A stretch of DNA of 64,000 nt from Candidatus Xiphinematobacter sp. Its GTDB lineage: Bacteria > Verrucomicrobiota > Verrucomicrobiia > Chthoniobacterales > Xiphinematobacteraceae. Positions 50,205-59,489 of this stretch are shown here, one piece after another. Where the stretch lies: positions 242,673 to 306,672 of the forward strand of contig CP068473.1 in assembly GCA_016766635.1 (NCBI GenBank). The letters run 5' to 3'. Positions within the stretch are counted from its first letter, which is position 1, and each line of letters opens with the position of its first letter. A program made the translations under genes and the position numbers. Under the pieces are notes generated by a model, which worked only from the letters and a program-made list of their open reading frames with translations, did not search any database and was not told where the DNA came from.

Positions 50205-51206
50205 ATGAGGATTGCTCTGGATGCGATGGGCGGCGATTATGCCCCAACCAACATTGTCTCTGGTGCTATTTTAGCCTTGCGTGAGTATCATAGAATTTCC
50301 AAGCTTTTTCTGGTTGGTGATAGAGACCAGATTATTAGACATCTGGGGGAAAAAAACTGCAGAGACCAGAGAGTAGAGGTTGTCCATACTACTCAGGTAG
50401 TAGAGATGTCGGACTCAGCAACGGAATCTGTCCGCCGTAAGAAGAATTCTTCTGTTTCCATGGCAGTTGATCTCGTCAAAAATGGGAGTGCCGATGCACT
50501 TGTTAGTGCAGGTCATACGGGAGCTACTGTTGCTGCTACAACCATCAAATTGCGGACTCTTGAGGGTGTCGAACGTCCTGGAATTGCTTCCTATCTACCT
50601 ACGGAGCATAATGTTTGTGTTCTGATTGATGCTGGTGCTAACATCGAGGCGCGTCCGGAGTACATGCTGCAATATGCTATCATGGGCATTGTTCTTTCTA
50701 AGCACGTTTTAGGATTTTCCAATCCAGCAGTTGGCTTGATGTCCATTGGTGAGGAAGATGCGAAGGGAAGTGACTTAATCAAGGAAAGTTTTAAACTCCT
50801 GAAATCTGCGAAGTTGAATTTCCGGGGTAATGTGGAGGGACACGATCTTTTCGAACGTCCAGTCGAAGTGGTGCTCTGCGACGGTTTTACTGGTAACGTA
50901 GTCCTTAAGACCTGCGAAGCCACAGCTGCAGCAGTTTTTCGCTGGCTCAAACGTGAATTGAGGAAAGGTGTGCTGCATCAAGTGGGAGCCTACATGGTAC
51001 GTAATGCCTTTCGGACAATTTGGAATAAGACTAATTATGAAACATATGGTGGCAGTCCATTGCTCGGGGTCAACGGGGTCTGTATCATTGCCCATGGAGC
51101 TAGTAGCCCACTTGCTGTCAAGAACGCCGTGCGTGTTGCTACTGAATTCGTTGAGCAGGGTATTAACCCACGCATCATTGAGGCGATTAAGCGGTGCGGG
51201 GTATAG
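50205..51206 (+). CDS. plsX: Phosphate acyltransferase PlsX
   Basis: 'MRIALDAMGGDYAP', 'SAGHTGA', 'GFTGNVVLKT' and 'GGSPLLGVNGVCIIAHGAS'. ATG at 50205. Confidence 0.9.
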   Translation: MRIALDAMGGDYAPTNIVSGAILALREYHRISKLFLVGDRDQIIRHLGEKNCRDQRVEVVHTTQVVEMSDSATESVRRKKNSSVSMAVDLVKNGSADALVSAGHTGATVAATTIKLRTLEGVERPGIASYLPTEHNVCVLIDAGANIEARPEYMLQYAIMGIVLSKHVLGFSNPAVGLMSIGEEDAKGSDLIKESFKLLKSAKLNFRGNVEGHDLFERPVEVVLCDGFTGNVVLKTCEATAAAVFRWLKRELRKGVLHQVGAYMVRNAFRTIWNKTNYETYGGSPLLGVNGVCIIAHGASSPLAVKNAVRVATEFVEQGINPRIIEAIKRCGV

Positions 51207-51233
51207 GCAGCCGTTTTTATTGCTCTTCAGGAA

Positions 51234-52280
51234 GTGAGGTTAACGTCTAGTAAGCAGTCTGGTGGGCAGTGGCGAGCCTTACCTCCAAATTCACCACCAA
51301 GCCGCACAGCCTCTATTGTAGGAACTGGAGGCTATGTACCACAACGAATCCTGACCAATACTGAGTTGGAGAAAATTGTGGATACGAGCGACGCTTGGAT
51401 TACTTCCCGTACTGGTATCAAGGAGCGGCGCATTGCCGCACCGGAGGAATTTACCAGCCATATGGCTGCAAAGGCGGCTCGAGAAGCCATGGAACAGGCG
51501 AAAGTGCAAGCTAGTGAAATTGACATGATTGTTCTTGCTACCATCTCCCCAGATACTTTTTTTCCGGCAACTGCTTGCCACGTCCAGCGTCTGCTTGGAG
51601 CGAAGCATGCTGCCTGCTTTGATATTTCTGCAGCTTGCTCTGGCTTTCTTTACTCGCTGGAGATTGCGCGGCAGTTTATCTGTACCTCCACATATGACAC
51701 TGTACTTGTGGTTGGTGCAGACAGGTTAAGTTCTCTAGTGGACTGGCGTGATCGTAACACTTGTGTCCTTTTCGGGGATGGAGCAGGTGCGGCCGTCCTA
51801 AAGTATAGAAGGGGATCCAGGGGAATTATTACGACATTCATGGGAAGCAATGGAGACTACGGGGACATTTTATGTATGCCTGGAGGAGGCTGTGCTCTAC
51901 CTGTTACTCCTGAAAATTTTGCGAGGCATTTTAACACTATTCGGATGAACGGAAAGGAAACCTTCAAGCTGGCCATCACTTCCATGCAGTCAGCCGCTCT
52001 TTATGCTTTACAACAGGCGGGATTAGCTATTTCCGATATCAAGTGCGTCGTTCCGCACCAAGCCAATATTCGCATCATTGAAGTGCTTGCAGATCGACTT
52101 AAGGTTCCTATGGAAAAAGTGTACGTAAATTTGGATCGATTTGGAAATACCTCAGCTGCTGCTGTGGCAATAGCCCTAGACGAAGCTAATCGCAACGGAC
52201 GTTTTAAAGCTGGTGATTACATTTTGATGGTGACTTTTGGTGGAGGGTTGACTTGGGCAAGCTCGATAATCCAGTGGTGA
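51234..52280 (+). CDS. fabH: 3-oxoacyl-ACP synthase III (FabH)
   Basis: 'IVGTGGYVPQRILTNTELEKIVDTSDAWITSRTGIKERR', active-site Cys 'SAACSGFLYSL', 'VPHQANIRI' and 'GNTSAAAV'. The GTG start gives a somewhat long N-terminus, so the exact start is uncertain. Confidence 0.9.
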   Translation: MRLTSSKQSGGQWRALPPNSPPSRTASIVGTGGYVPQRILTNTELEKIVDTSDAWITSRTGIKERRIAAPEEFTSHMAAKAAREAMEQAKVQASEIDMIVLATISPDTFFPATACHVQRLLGAKHAACFDISAACSGFLYSLEIARQFICTSTYDTVLVVGADRLSSLVDWRDRNTCVLFGDGAGAAVLKYRRGSRGIITTFMGSNGDYGDILCMPGGGCALPVTPENFARHFNTIRMNGKETFKLAITSMQSAALYALQQAGLAISDIKCVVPHQANIRIIEVLADRLKVPMEKVYVNLDRFGNTSAAAVAIALDEANRNGRFKAGDYILMVTFGGGLTWASSIIQW

Positions 52281-52358
52281 GGTTAATGGGTCTTTCGTTC
52301 AGCTTCTTTGCTACCTTGCATAGAAGGTATACGTGCCCCGTTCTCTTTGTTGTTCTCT

Positions 52359-53189
52359 ATGTTGATTGACACACATGCTCATTTAGATGAGTTAGAGTAT
52401 ACTCTGGATCTAGAAACAGTAATTACTCGTGCAGCTGATGCAGGTGTTCATCGCGTACTGAGTATTGGAACTGGGCTTCGAAGCAGCCTACAAGTGGTGT
52501 CTCTCGCGGAGAGATTTCCTTCCCTATATGCAGTTGTTGGGGTTCATCCAACTAACATTGAGAAAGAGGGGGGGGATTTTTTCGAACAGCTTCAGGAAGT
52601 CGCTTTGCATCCCAAGGTTGTTGCTATTGGTGAAACTGGGCTGGATTTTCACTGTCTTCCTAGTAAGAGTGGAGCACCCCTTCGTGGCCGGTCTTCAAAG
52701 GAAGTAGACAGTGCTGCCGTAGACAGGGCATATAAATCTCTCCAAGTCCGGGTGTTCTTACAGCATTTAGATCTAGCCGCACAACTTGGTCTCAACGTAG
52801 TCATTCACCAAAGAGATGCATGGGAGGACACATGGCGTCTCCTTGCTCGCTATTCTGGGCGGCTGCAGGGAGTCTTCCATTGCTTTGGAGGAACGATCGA
52901 ACAGGCTAGGGAGATTATTACAGGAGGTCACCTTGTCTCTTTTACTGGGATGGTGACATTTAATAATGCCGAAACTGTACGTAACACGGCCGCTCAAGTA
53001 CCCCCTGACGCTTATATGGTGGAGACAGATTGTCCCTACCTTTCGCCTGTACCATTTAGAGGCAAAAGATGCGAACCCGCTTATGTCCGGATAGTGGCAG
53101 AAGCCATTTCTCGGGTGCGCAGGGAGGGCCTTGACGCTGTTGCTCGGCAGACTACCGCTACGGCTAAAGCATTTTTTCGGCTGAAGTAG
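52359..53189 (+). CDS. tatD: TatD-family metal-dependent hydrolase/DNase
   Basis: 'MLIDTHAHLDE', 'AIGETGLDF', 'VVIHQRDA', 'HCFGG' and 'VETDCPYL'. ATG at 52359. Confidence 0.85.
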   Translation: MLIDTHAHLDELEYTLDLETVITRAADAGVHRVLSIGTGLRSSLQVVSLAERFPSLYAVVGVHPTNIEKEGGDFFEQLQEVALHPKVVAIGETGLDFHCLPSKSGAPLRGRSSKEVDSAAVDRAYKSLQVRVFLQHLDLAAQLGLNVVIHQRDAWEDTWRLLARYSGRLQGVFHCFGGTIEQAREIITGGHLVSFTGMVTFNNAETVRNTAAQVPPDAYMVETDCPYLSPVPFRGKRCEPAYVRIVAEAISRVRREGLDAVARQTTATAKAFFRLK

Positions 53190-53265
53190 TGATAAAAAAC
53201 AGAGTCCTTCTTGCCAACTGGCCTGACAACTTAAGATGGAGGAGGGCTTCCATCCACGAGTTTAA

Positions 53266-53481
53266 TTAGTACATGTCCTCCTGTGCCACGCTGGTTTGCA
53301 CTCGGCTAGCAAGGAGCTGTGCATGTACAACTATCTCGCTTACGTCGGCGTTGAAACGATAGCTATGGCAATTAGGGCACGTTGCTGCTTCAAGCATTAG
53401 GATTGAATCACAACCCTCGCAAATCTTGTACCGCTCTGGATGTCCGATGATCTTTGCAGCACGCTCCGCTCGCTCCTCCAT
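53266..53481 (-). CDS. Small zinc-ribbon protein (hypothetical)
   Basis: 71 aa from the ATG at 53481. It has two CxxC pairs 'CEGCDSILMLEAATCPNCHS'. No known family recognised. Confidence 0.4.
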   Translation of the reverse strand: MEERAERAAKIIGHPERYKICEGCDSILMLEAATCPNCHSYRFNADVSEIVVHAQLLASRVQTSVAQEDMY

Positions 53482-53775
53482 ATGGGTATTTCCTGGGTTA
53501 GAAGACTTACACATCGGGCCAGTCTTCACCAAAATAGCCTGGACCACAACTCTAGAGGTAAAGAGGGCCCCAGGGGTGGAGAAACTTCAGGCAGGCAAAG
53601 CTGTTTTTCTGAACTGCATGCCAGCGAGTGGCCGCAAAAGTCCACCCCCGCGCAATTGATTTTTCTTTGGAGAGTCTTTGGAGAGAGCTGGCGATATTCT
53701 GTTTCCAGTTCTTTTAATAGTTTTAGGGTTACACGCAGTGGAGGTCGTTGCAATAGCCATCTCTCTAGAGAACAT

Positions 53776-54426
53776 ATGAGTTTTCCCTTCAAGTATAAAG
53801 ATGAGAGGGGTTTGGATATCTCCAGAAAGTATCCCTTCGTTCCAATCAATGGCCAAGTTTTGGGATTTGGGGAGGTCCACCTATGGGGATGGCTCTTTTC
53901 CGGAAGAAAAGACACTTGTGCTATGGTCCAACGTATCGCTGGTGTCTACTCAGGAAGTACGCCCAGAAAGGTGCGCTTGAGATATTTGCCTGGTGGAAAA
54001 CCGCACTTTGGGAGGAAGGGACCTCATTTCAGTCTTTCCCATACAGATGGCAGGGTTCTTGCAGCGTTTTCCCGATTTTCTATAGGACTAGACATAGAAA
54101 AGGAAAGCCGCTCTGTCTCTGCAAACAAGATTGCCCGCCGATGCTTTCATTCTTCCGAATGTCTCGCTTTAGCGTCCTGCCCTCAAGAGAATCTTCAGAA
54201 GATTTTTCTTCGCATGTGGGTTCAAAAGGAAGCCGCTGTTAAGTTAGCTGGTGAGGGGATAGCTCTTGGGCTAAAAAAGATCAAGATAAAGACAAATACG
54301 CCTTCCTGGCGGGTATATCGACAGGACAGGAGGCTTCATATAAAGGAAATCAACCCCTGGCCAGGGATTGTAGGTGCTCTGGCATCGGAGTGCCAGTTTA
54401 TAGTGACAGTTTTCCGAGAAAACTAA
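53776..54426 (+). CDS. 4'-phosphopantetheinyl transferase, Sfp type
   Basis: 'GGKPHFGRKGPHFSLSHTDG', Mg-binding 'IGLDIE' and 'WVQKEAAVK' (W/FxxKEAxxK). The ATG at 53776 gives about 216 aa. The 53440 extension has no family support and overlaps the antisense zinc-ribbon ORF. Confidence 0.8.
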   Translation: MSFPFKYKDERGLDISRKYPFVPINGQVLGFGEVHLWGWLFSGRKDTCAMVQRIAGVYSGSTPRKVRLRYLPGGKPHFGRKGPHFSLSHTDGRVLAAFSRFSIGLDIEKESRSVSANKIARRCFHSSECLALASCPQENLQKIFLRMWVQKEAAVKLAGEGIALGLKKIKIKTNTPSWRVYRQDRRLHIKEINPWPGIVGALASECQFIVTVFREN

Positions 54427-54702
54427 TAACGGTCCCCGCATGTTCTGAGGTCTTCATGTTGCTTGTCTCGAAAGTGCGCGGTTTGGCTGCATACTCCGGA
54501 GGCAATAAAAGCTACCTCTTTAATTGCTCTGCCGGCACGCGTAGAATTGCGCTTGGTCCCTTTGGGCAAGGGTAGGCTTCTGTGGTACGTTGCGTCGTAC
54601 TGTTCCATGCTCCATGCTCTCACTTTCCCTAGCAGGGGTAGGAAATATACTAGCAATTCCGGGAACCCAGAACATTAGAACATTTTGAGACCGACCGACT
54701 TC

Positions 54703-57474
54703 ATGAATGCCCATATCCCCTCAGCAACTTACCGTCTGCAGTTCCACGGTGCATTTACCTTCGCAGATGCCACTGAAATTCTGGGCTATCTCCATAGCCT
54801 GGGTATTACAGACATCTATGCCTCCCCCTACTTTCAAGCTGGGGTGAAAAGCACACACGGGTATGATATCGTCAATCATAATACCCTGAACCCAGCGCTT
54901 GGTAGCACCTCTGACTATGAGTATTTTATCTCGGAGTTACGTCAGCATCAAATGGGGCAACTACTCGATTTTGTACCTAACCACATGGGTATAAATGAGT
55001 CCTTAAATCGGTGGTGGATGGATGTGCTAGAGAACGGCCCTGCCTCGGTCTATGCAAACTACTTTGACATTGACTGGCACCCGGATAAAGCAGCCCTTTC
55101 CGAGAAAGTTGTGCTTCCTATCCTAAATGACCGCTATGGAAAAACTCTGGATAGTGGCGATCTCACACTGGAACGGGAAGGGGGCAATTTCTTTATTCGT
55201 TACCGGTATTCTGCTACCAAGCTTCCGGTATGTCCAAGCACCTATCCCATGATCCTTCGGAGGAGCCTTAGCTACCTCCAGGGCCGGAATGTCACTCAGC
55301 TTAGTAAGGTCATCGATCGCTTAAGGAGTGCCTCTCCTCCAAGCGTTACAGCCAGAGCACAATTAGAAGCCCTCATCCAGAGCGATGCAGAGATACGCCA
55401 TGCTGTGGACCTTGCAGTAGCTGAATTTCTAGGTGACCCTAATGCCCCGGAAACATTCGATGCTCTTCATCAACTCTTGGAGGGCCAGGCCTATCGGCTG
55501 AGCTACTGGCGCATGGCGGCGGAAGAAATCAACTATCGCCGATTTTTTGACATTAATAGCTTAGCTGCACTCCGTGTAGAAATTCCCCAAGTATTTCAAG
55601 CTTCTCACCAACTGCTTTTTAGACTTCTTGCTCACGGTGACGTGACCGGATTACGCATCGATCACGTGGACGGTCTGTGGGATCCGAAGGGGTACTTGTG
55701 CCGCCTTCAAGAAGGCTATGCCAGCCTCCTCCAATCTTCCTCACCACTTTACATAGTTGTGGAAAAAATACTTAATATGTCCCACGAGAAGCTTCCCTCT
55801 GATTGGCCAGTTTTTGGAACCACAGGTTATGACTTTGCCAATCAGGTAGTGCATCTGCTTATCGATGCAACTGCTGCAGTGCATCTTACCGAAACCTATT
55901 GGCGCTTTATTGGCAATTCCACTTCCTTCTCTAATCTTCTCTATGAGAAAAGGCGCTTGGTCATAGAGACCTCTTTCCAGAGTGAAATACTCTCTTTGGG
56001 AAAACTTCTTGATGGACTTTCTGAGCTTTATAGAAATTACCGGGATTGTACCCGTAGTCTGTTGACGAATGCCGTCAGAGAAGTTATTGCCTGCTTTCCA
56101 GTCTACCGTACTTACATAACGGCAACCCATCCTCCGTCAGAATTTGAAGAGCGCTCCATTCTACGCGCTATAGAAATAGCGAGTAGAAAGAATCCCACTA
56201 TTGACAAACCTGCATTTGACTTTTTACGCAGGCTTCTCCTTGTGGACCCGCCAAAGAAACTCTCTCCTAAGGAGCGCGATGCTCACTTTCACTTCATAAT
56301 GAAGTTTCAGCAATGTACCGGACCGGTGGCAGCGAAAGGGTTAGAAGATACGGCTCTATATCTTTACAACCGGCTGATTGCGGTCAATGAAGTAGGAGGC
56401 AGTCCAGACATATTGGGTCTGAGTCCTTCTGAGTTTCACCAGCTCAACCGCGAGCGTACCCCCCATGCGCTGCTTGCTACTTCCACACATGACACCAAAC
56501 GCAGTGAGGATGTGCGAATGAGAATCGCCGCAATTTCTGAAGTGCCAGGCCAGTGGCGCAGGGCCGTTCTTAGGTGGAGGCAGATTAATAAGAAATTTCG
56601 AATCCAGGTCGGAGATGAAATGGCCCCTTCTCCTAATGAGGAATACTTCCTCTATCAAACCTTGCTAGGGATGTGGCCACTAGACCTCTCCTCCGAAGAT
56701 TGGGAGAATTTTGTTGACAGAGTTCAAAAATATCTTGTGAAGGCCCTGAAGGAGGGAAAAGTTAATAGCAGCTGGACTCAGCCCAATGAAGAGTGGGAGC
56801 GAGCGGTGGCGCAGTTTGTCGAGAAAATCTTGGATGCTCAGTCGGGGGCTACTTTCCGGAGGGCATTCATTCCTCTCGCTGAAGAAATTGCTCGCCTTGG
56901 TGCTTGGAACTCACTCACCGAAACAGTACTGAAATGCACGGTGCCCGGGATTCCAGACTTTTACCAAGGCACCGAAATTTGGGATTTTAGCCTTGTCGAC
57001 CCTGATAATCGTCGTCCGGTGGACTACGCTTTGCGTCAACGGCTCCTAAATTCACTGTCGGAGATTTCCCCAAGGGAACTGCTCTCTGAATGGAAAAGTG
57101 GACGTATCAAACTCTTCATTATCCAGAGGCTACTACAATTTCGCCGCAGTTATACTAGTTTCTTTCGCATGGCAGACTACCAACCCTTGCTCTCACAAGG
57201 GTCGCGGAAAGATCATGTTATTTCCTTCCTGCGTCAGCATGATAGCATGACCCTCTTAGTTATCGTTCCCCGCTTGACGGCCAAGCTATGGCTAGTACCC
57301 TGTGACAGTCGTATATGGTCTGGGACAAAGATAGTCTCGGAATCGTTTATTGGCTCCTGGAGAAATATTTTGACGGAGGAGCTGTATCGCTGCAACCAGC
57401 AGGAAATGCGCATCTCAGATGTTTTGACGCATCTGCCTGTTGCGGTTCTCTACCGTAGAGATTCCTGCTCCTGA
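54703..57474 (+). CDS. treY: Malto-oligosyltrehalose synthase (TreY)
   Basis: 'PSATYRLQFHGAFTFADATEILGYLHSLGITDIYASPYFQA...THGYD', 'DFVPNHMG' and 'GLRIDHVDGL', about 920 aa. ATG at 54703 (the TTG at 54685 is also possible). Confidence 0.9.
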   Translation: MNAHIPSATYRLQFHGAFTFADATEILGYLHSLGITDIYASPYFQAGVKSTHGYDIVNHNTLNPALGSTSDYEYFISELRQHQMGQLLDFVPNHMGINESLNRWWMDVLENGPASVYANYFDIDWHPDKAALSEKVVLPILNDRYGKTLDSGDLTLEREGGNFFIRYRYSATKLPVCPSTYPMILRRSLSYLQGRNVTQLSKVIDRLRSASPPSVTARAQLEALIQSDAEIRHAVDLAVAEFLGDPNAPETFDALHQLLEGQAYRLSYWRMAAEEINYRRFFDINSLAALRVEIPQVFQASHQLLFRLLAHGDVTGLRIDHVDGLWDPKGYLCRLQEGYASLLQSSSPLYIVVEKILNMSHEKLPSDWPVFGTTGYDFANQVVHLLIDATAAVHLTETYWRFIGNSTSFSNLLYEKRRLVIETSFQSEILSLGKLLDGLSELYRNYRDCTRSLLTNAVREVIACFPVYRTYITATHPPSEFEERSILRAIEIASRKNPTIDKPAFDFLRRLLLVDPPKKLSPKERDAHFHFIMKFQQCTGPVAAKGLEDTALYLYNRLIAVNEVGGSPDILGLSPSEFHQLNRERTPHALLATSTHDTKRSEDVRMRIAAISEVPGQWRRAVLRWRQINKKFRIQVGDEMAPSPNEEYFLYQTLLGMWPLDLSSEDWENFVDRVQKYLVKALKEGKVNSSWTQPNEEWERAVAQFVEKILDAQSGATFRRAFIPLAEEIARLGAWNSLTETVLKCTVPGIPDFYQGTEIWDFSLVDPDNRRPVDYALRQRLLNSLSEISPRELLSEWKSGRIKLFIIQRLLQFRRSYTSFFRMADYQPLLSQGSRKDHVISFLRQHDSMTLLVIVPRLTAKLWLVPCDSRIWSGTKIVSESFIGSWRNILTEELYRCNQQEMRISDVLTHLPVAVLYRRDSCS

Positions 57475-59336
57475 CTCACACGAGAAAAGAGTACCACCAG
57501 CCCCTTTTCCAGGAAGGCGATTCTTCCTTCTGAAGGGATATACTCTATGCCACCTTTACCTCCAAAACGTTTTTCCTCCGTAGAAAAAACGAGTGACCAC
57601 TTTCTTCCATCAGAGTCGAAGTTTCCTGTATGCCCTCCCATAAGATCAAAGACCACTAAGCAGTCAGCTCTCTCTCCTCCATAACAGATTGCCCCAGCTC
57701 CCCAAGGCAGGCGATGGATGCTCCAGTTTTCTCTTGTAGTAGGGATGGGGAGGACACGGCGGCGCAGACGAAGGCACGCGGCATAAAGAGAGCGTACTTC
57801 TGCGTGTTTGTCTTCTTGAGATTCGCACCATTGCAGCTTTGATCTTAGGAAGGATTCTTCCATCTGAGGGTCAGGAATTTTTTGCCCACACATATCTAAG
57901 AACTTCTGGAACCCAAAAAACTCCCTCTTCCGCCCCTCTGTAACTTTCCTTCCCATTTCTGTGTCGTGGTCGGTAAAATAGAGAAATGGAGTAGATGCAG
58001 CCCACTCCTGCCCCATAAACAAGAGAGGAGTATAAGGGGAGAGGCAGAGCAGAGCGGAAAGAGCACGATACGCTGGGGGAGAGATTTGCTGAGATAAGCG
58101 CTCCCCTAGCGCCCGGTTCCCGACCTGATCATGGTTGGAGATGCAGTGTACAAATTGACTTGGAGGTAAGTGGCGGCATGGTGTTCCTCGAGAGGAGCCG
58201 GTGCGCCGTGAAATTTGCCCCTGATACAGCCATCCATTTTCCAGGACAGAAAGGACTTCCGTGAGCGAGCCGTCAAAATCGGCAAAATAGGAGGATTGTT
58301 CAGCCGTCTGAGTTATTCGTAACGTGTGATGGAAATCGTCTGCCCAAACCCCATCAAACCCCATACCTCCTTCTGAACGGTTGCCGAGTAAGGACTCGAG
58401 ATTGCGTTCGTCCTCCGCTATCATGTAGCCGTTGTTTCTGTGGACCGCCTCTGACATTTCGCTGAGGATGTGAGTCCGGGAACTGTCCCGTATCTCGTGT
58501 GTAGCATCCAATCGAAACCCATCAACGTGAAATTCTTCCATCCAGTAGAGAAGATTGCGTAAAAAAAACTCGCGGACAGGACCAGACATTTCTGAGTCAA
58601 AATTTATAGAGTCCCCCCAGGGGGTGTGATGTTGTGGGTTGAAGTAGTATGGGGTGAAGCGAGAAAAATAGTTTCCGGATGGCCCGAGGTGACTGTAGAC
58701 CACGTCTAGAATTACGGCGAGGCCATGTAGGTGTGCGCAGTTAACTAATGCGCGAAAATCGTCGGGCGTCCCATAGCACCTTGCGGGAGCGTAGGGAAGG
58801 ACACCATCGTATCCCCAGTTTCTTCTTCCAGGAAAGTCGGCAACCGGCATGATCTCTACAGCCGTAATTCCCAGTTCTTTCAATAGGGAAAAACGCTCAC
58901 ATGCACCCAGAAACGTTCCCTCCAGAGTGAAGGTGCCAACGTGTAGCTCGTAAATTATGAGGTCCCTAAAAGGGGGGCGGCGCCAGCCACTATCTGACCA
59001 AGAAAATTTCTTGGGATCTACTACTAGGGAAGGACCGTGTACATCTATCTGTTGAGCACGAGAGGCTGGATCCGGGTAATACCCAGTCCTCCCTTCTAGA
59101 TCTAGACAATAGAAGTAGGCGTCCCCTGCTTGCCCTCCTTGATCTAATCCTGTATGGAACCCCTTACTATTCCGCTGAAGTGGAAGGATGCGCGTCCCCT
59201 CCCCGCATAAGGTATGAATTTTTACCCGGACCAACTGTATGTCTGGTGCCCATACACAATAGACGACCTGTCCGTTTGGAAGTATTGTTGCCCCAGGTGG
59301 GGATGGGAAATACTGCAGCAGACCCCCCACTAACAT
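57450..59336 (-). CDS. treZ: Malto-oligosyltrehalose trehalohydrolase (TreZ)
   Basis: GH13 blocks 'IYELHVGTFT', 'GITAVEIMPVADFPGRRNWGYDGV', 'VILDVVYSHLGP', 'GFRLDATHEI', 'MIAEDERN' and 'SNHDQVGNR'. Confidence 0.9.
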   Translation of the reverse strand: MLVGGLLQYFPSPPGATILPNGQVVYCVWAPDIQLVRVKIHTLCGEGTRILPLQRNSKGFHTGLDQGGQAGDAYFYCLDLEGRTGYYPDPASRAQQIDVHGPSLVVDPKKFSWSDSGWRRPPFRDLIIYELHVGTFTLEGTFLGACERFSLLKELGITAVEIMPVADFPGRRNWGYDGVLPYAPARCYGTPDDFRALVNCAHLHGLAVILDVVYSHLGPSGNYFSRFTPYYFNPQHHTPWGDSINFDSEMSGPVREFFLRNLLYWMEEFHVDGFRLDATHEIRDSSRTHILSEMSEAVHRNNGYMIAEDERNLESLLGNRSEGGMGFDGVWADDFHHTLRITQTAEQSSYFADFDGSLTEVLSVLENGWLYQGQISRRTGSSRGTPCRHLPPSQFVHCISNHDQVGNRALGERLSQQISPPAYRALSALLCLSPYTPLLFMGQEWAASTPFLYFTDHDTEMGRKVTEGRKREFFGFQKFLDMCGQKIPDPQMEESFLRSKLQWCESQEDKHAEVRSLYAACLRLRRRVLPIPTTRENWSIHRLPWGAGAICYGGERADCLVVFDLMGGHTGNFDSDGRKWSLVFSTEEKRFGGKGGIEYIPSEGRIAFLEKGLVVLFSRVSQEQESLR

Positions 59337-59417
59337 GATACTGGCACTTTTATAAGGTTCAAAGGTCTAAATCAGTCGCTCAGTCGCATTGCGCTTCACG
59401 AGAGCAACAACATTACA

Positions 59418-59489
59418 TGGGTTGACTGGGACTCGAACCCAGAACCAACGCCTTAAAAGGGCGCTGCTCTACCGTTGAGCTATCAACCC
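59418..59489 (-). tRNA. tRNA-Lys (anticodon TTT)
   Basis: The reverse complement GGGTTGATAGCTCAACGGTAGAGCAGCGCCCTTTTAAGGCGTTGGTTCTGGGTTCGAGTCCCAGTCAACCCA folds as a 72-nt cloverleaf with anticodon loop CTTTTAA. Confidence 0.9.
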
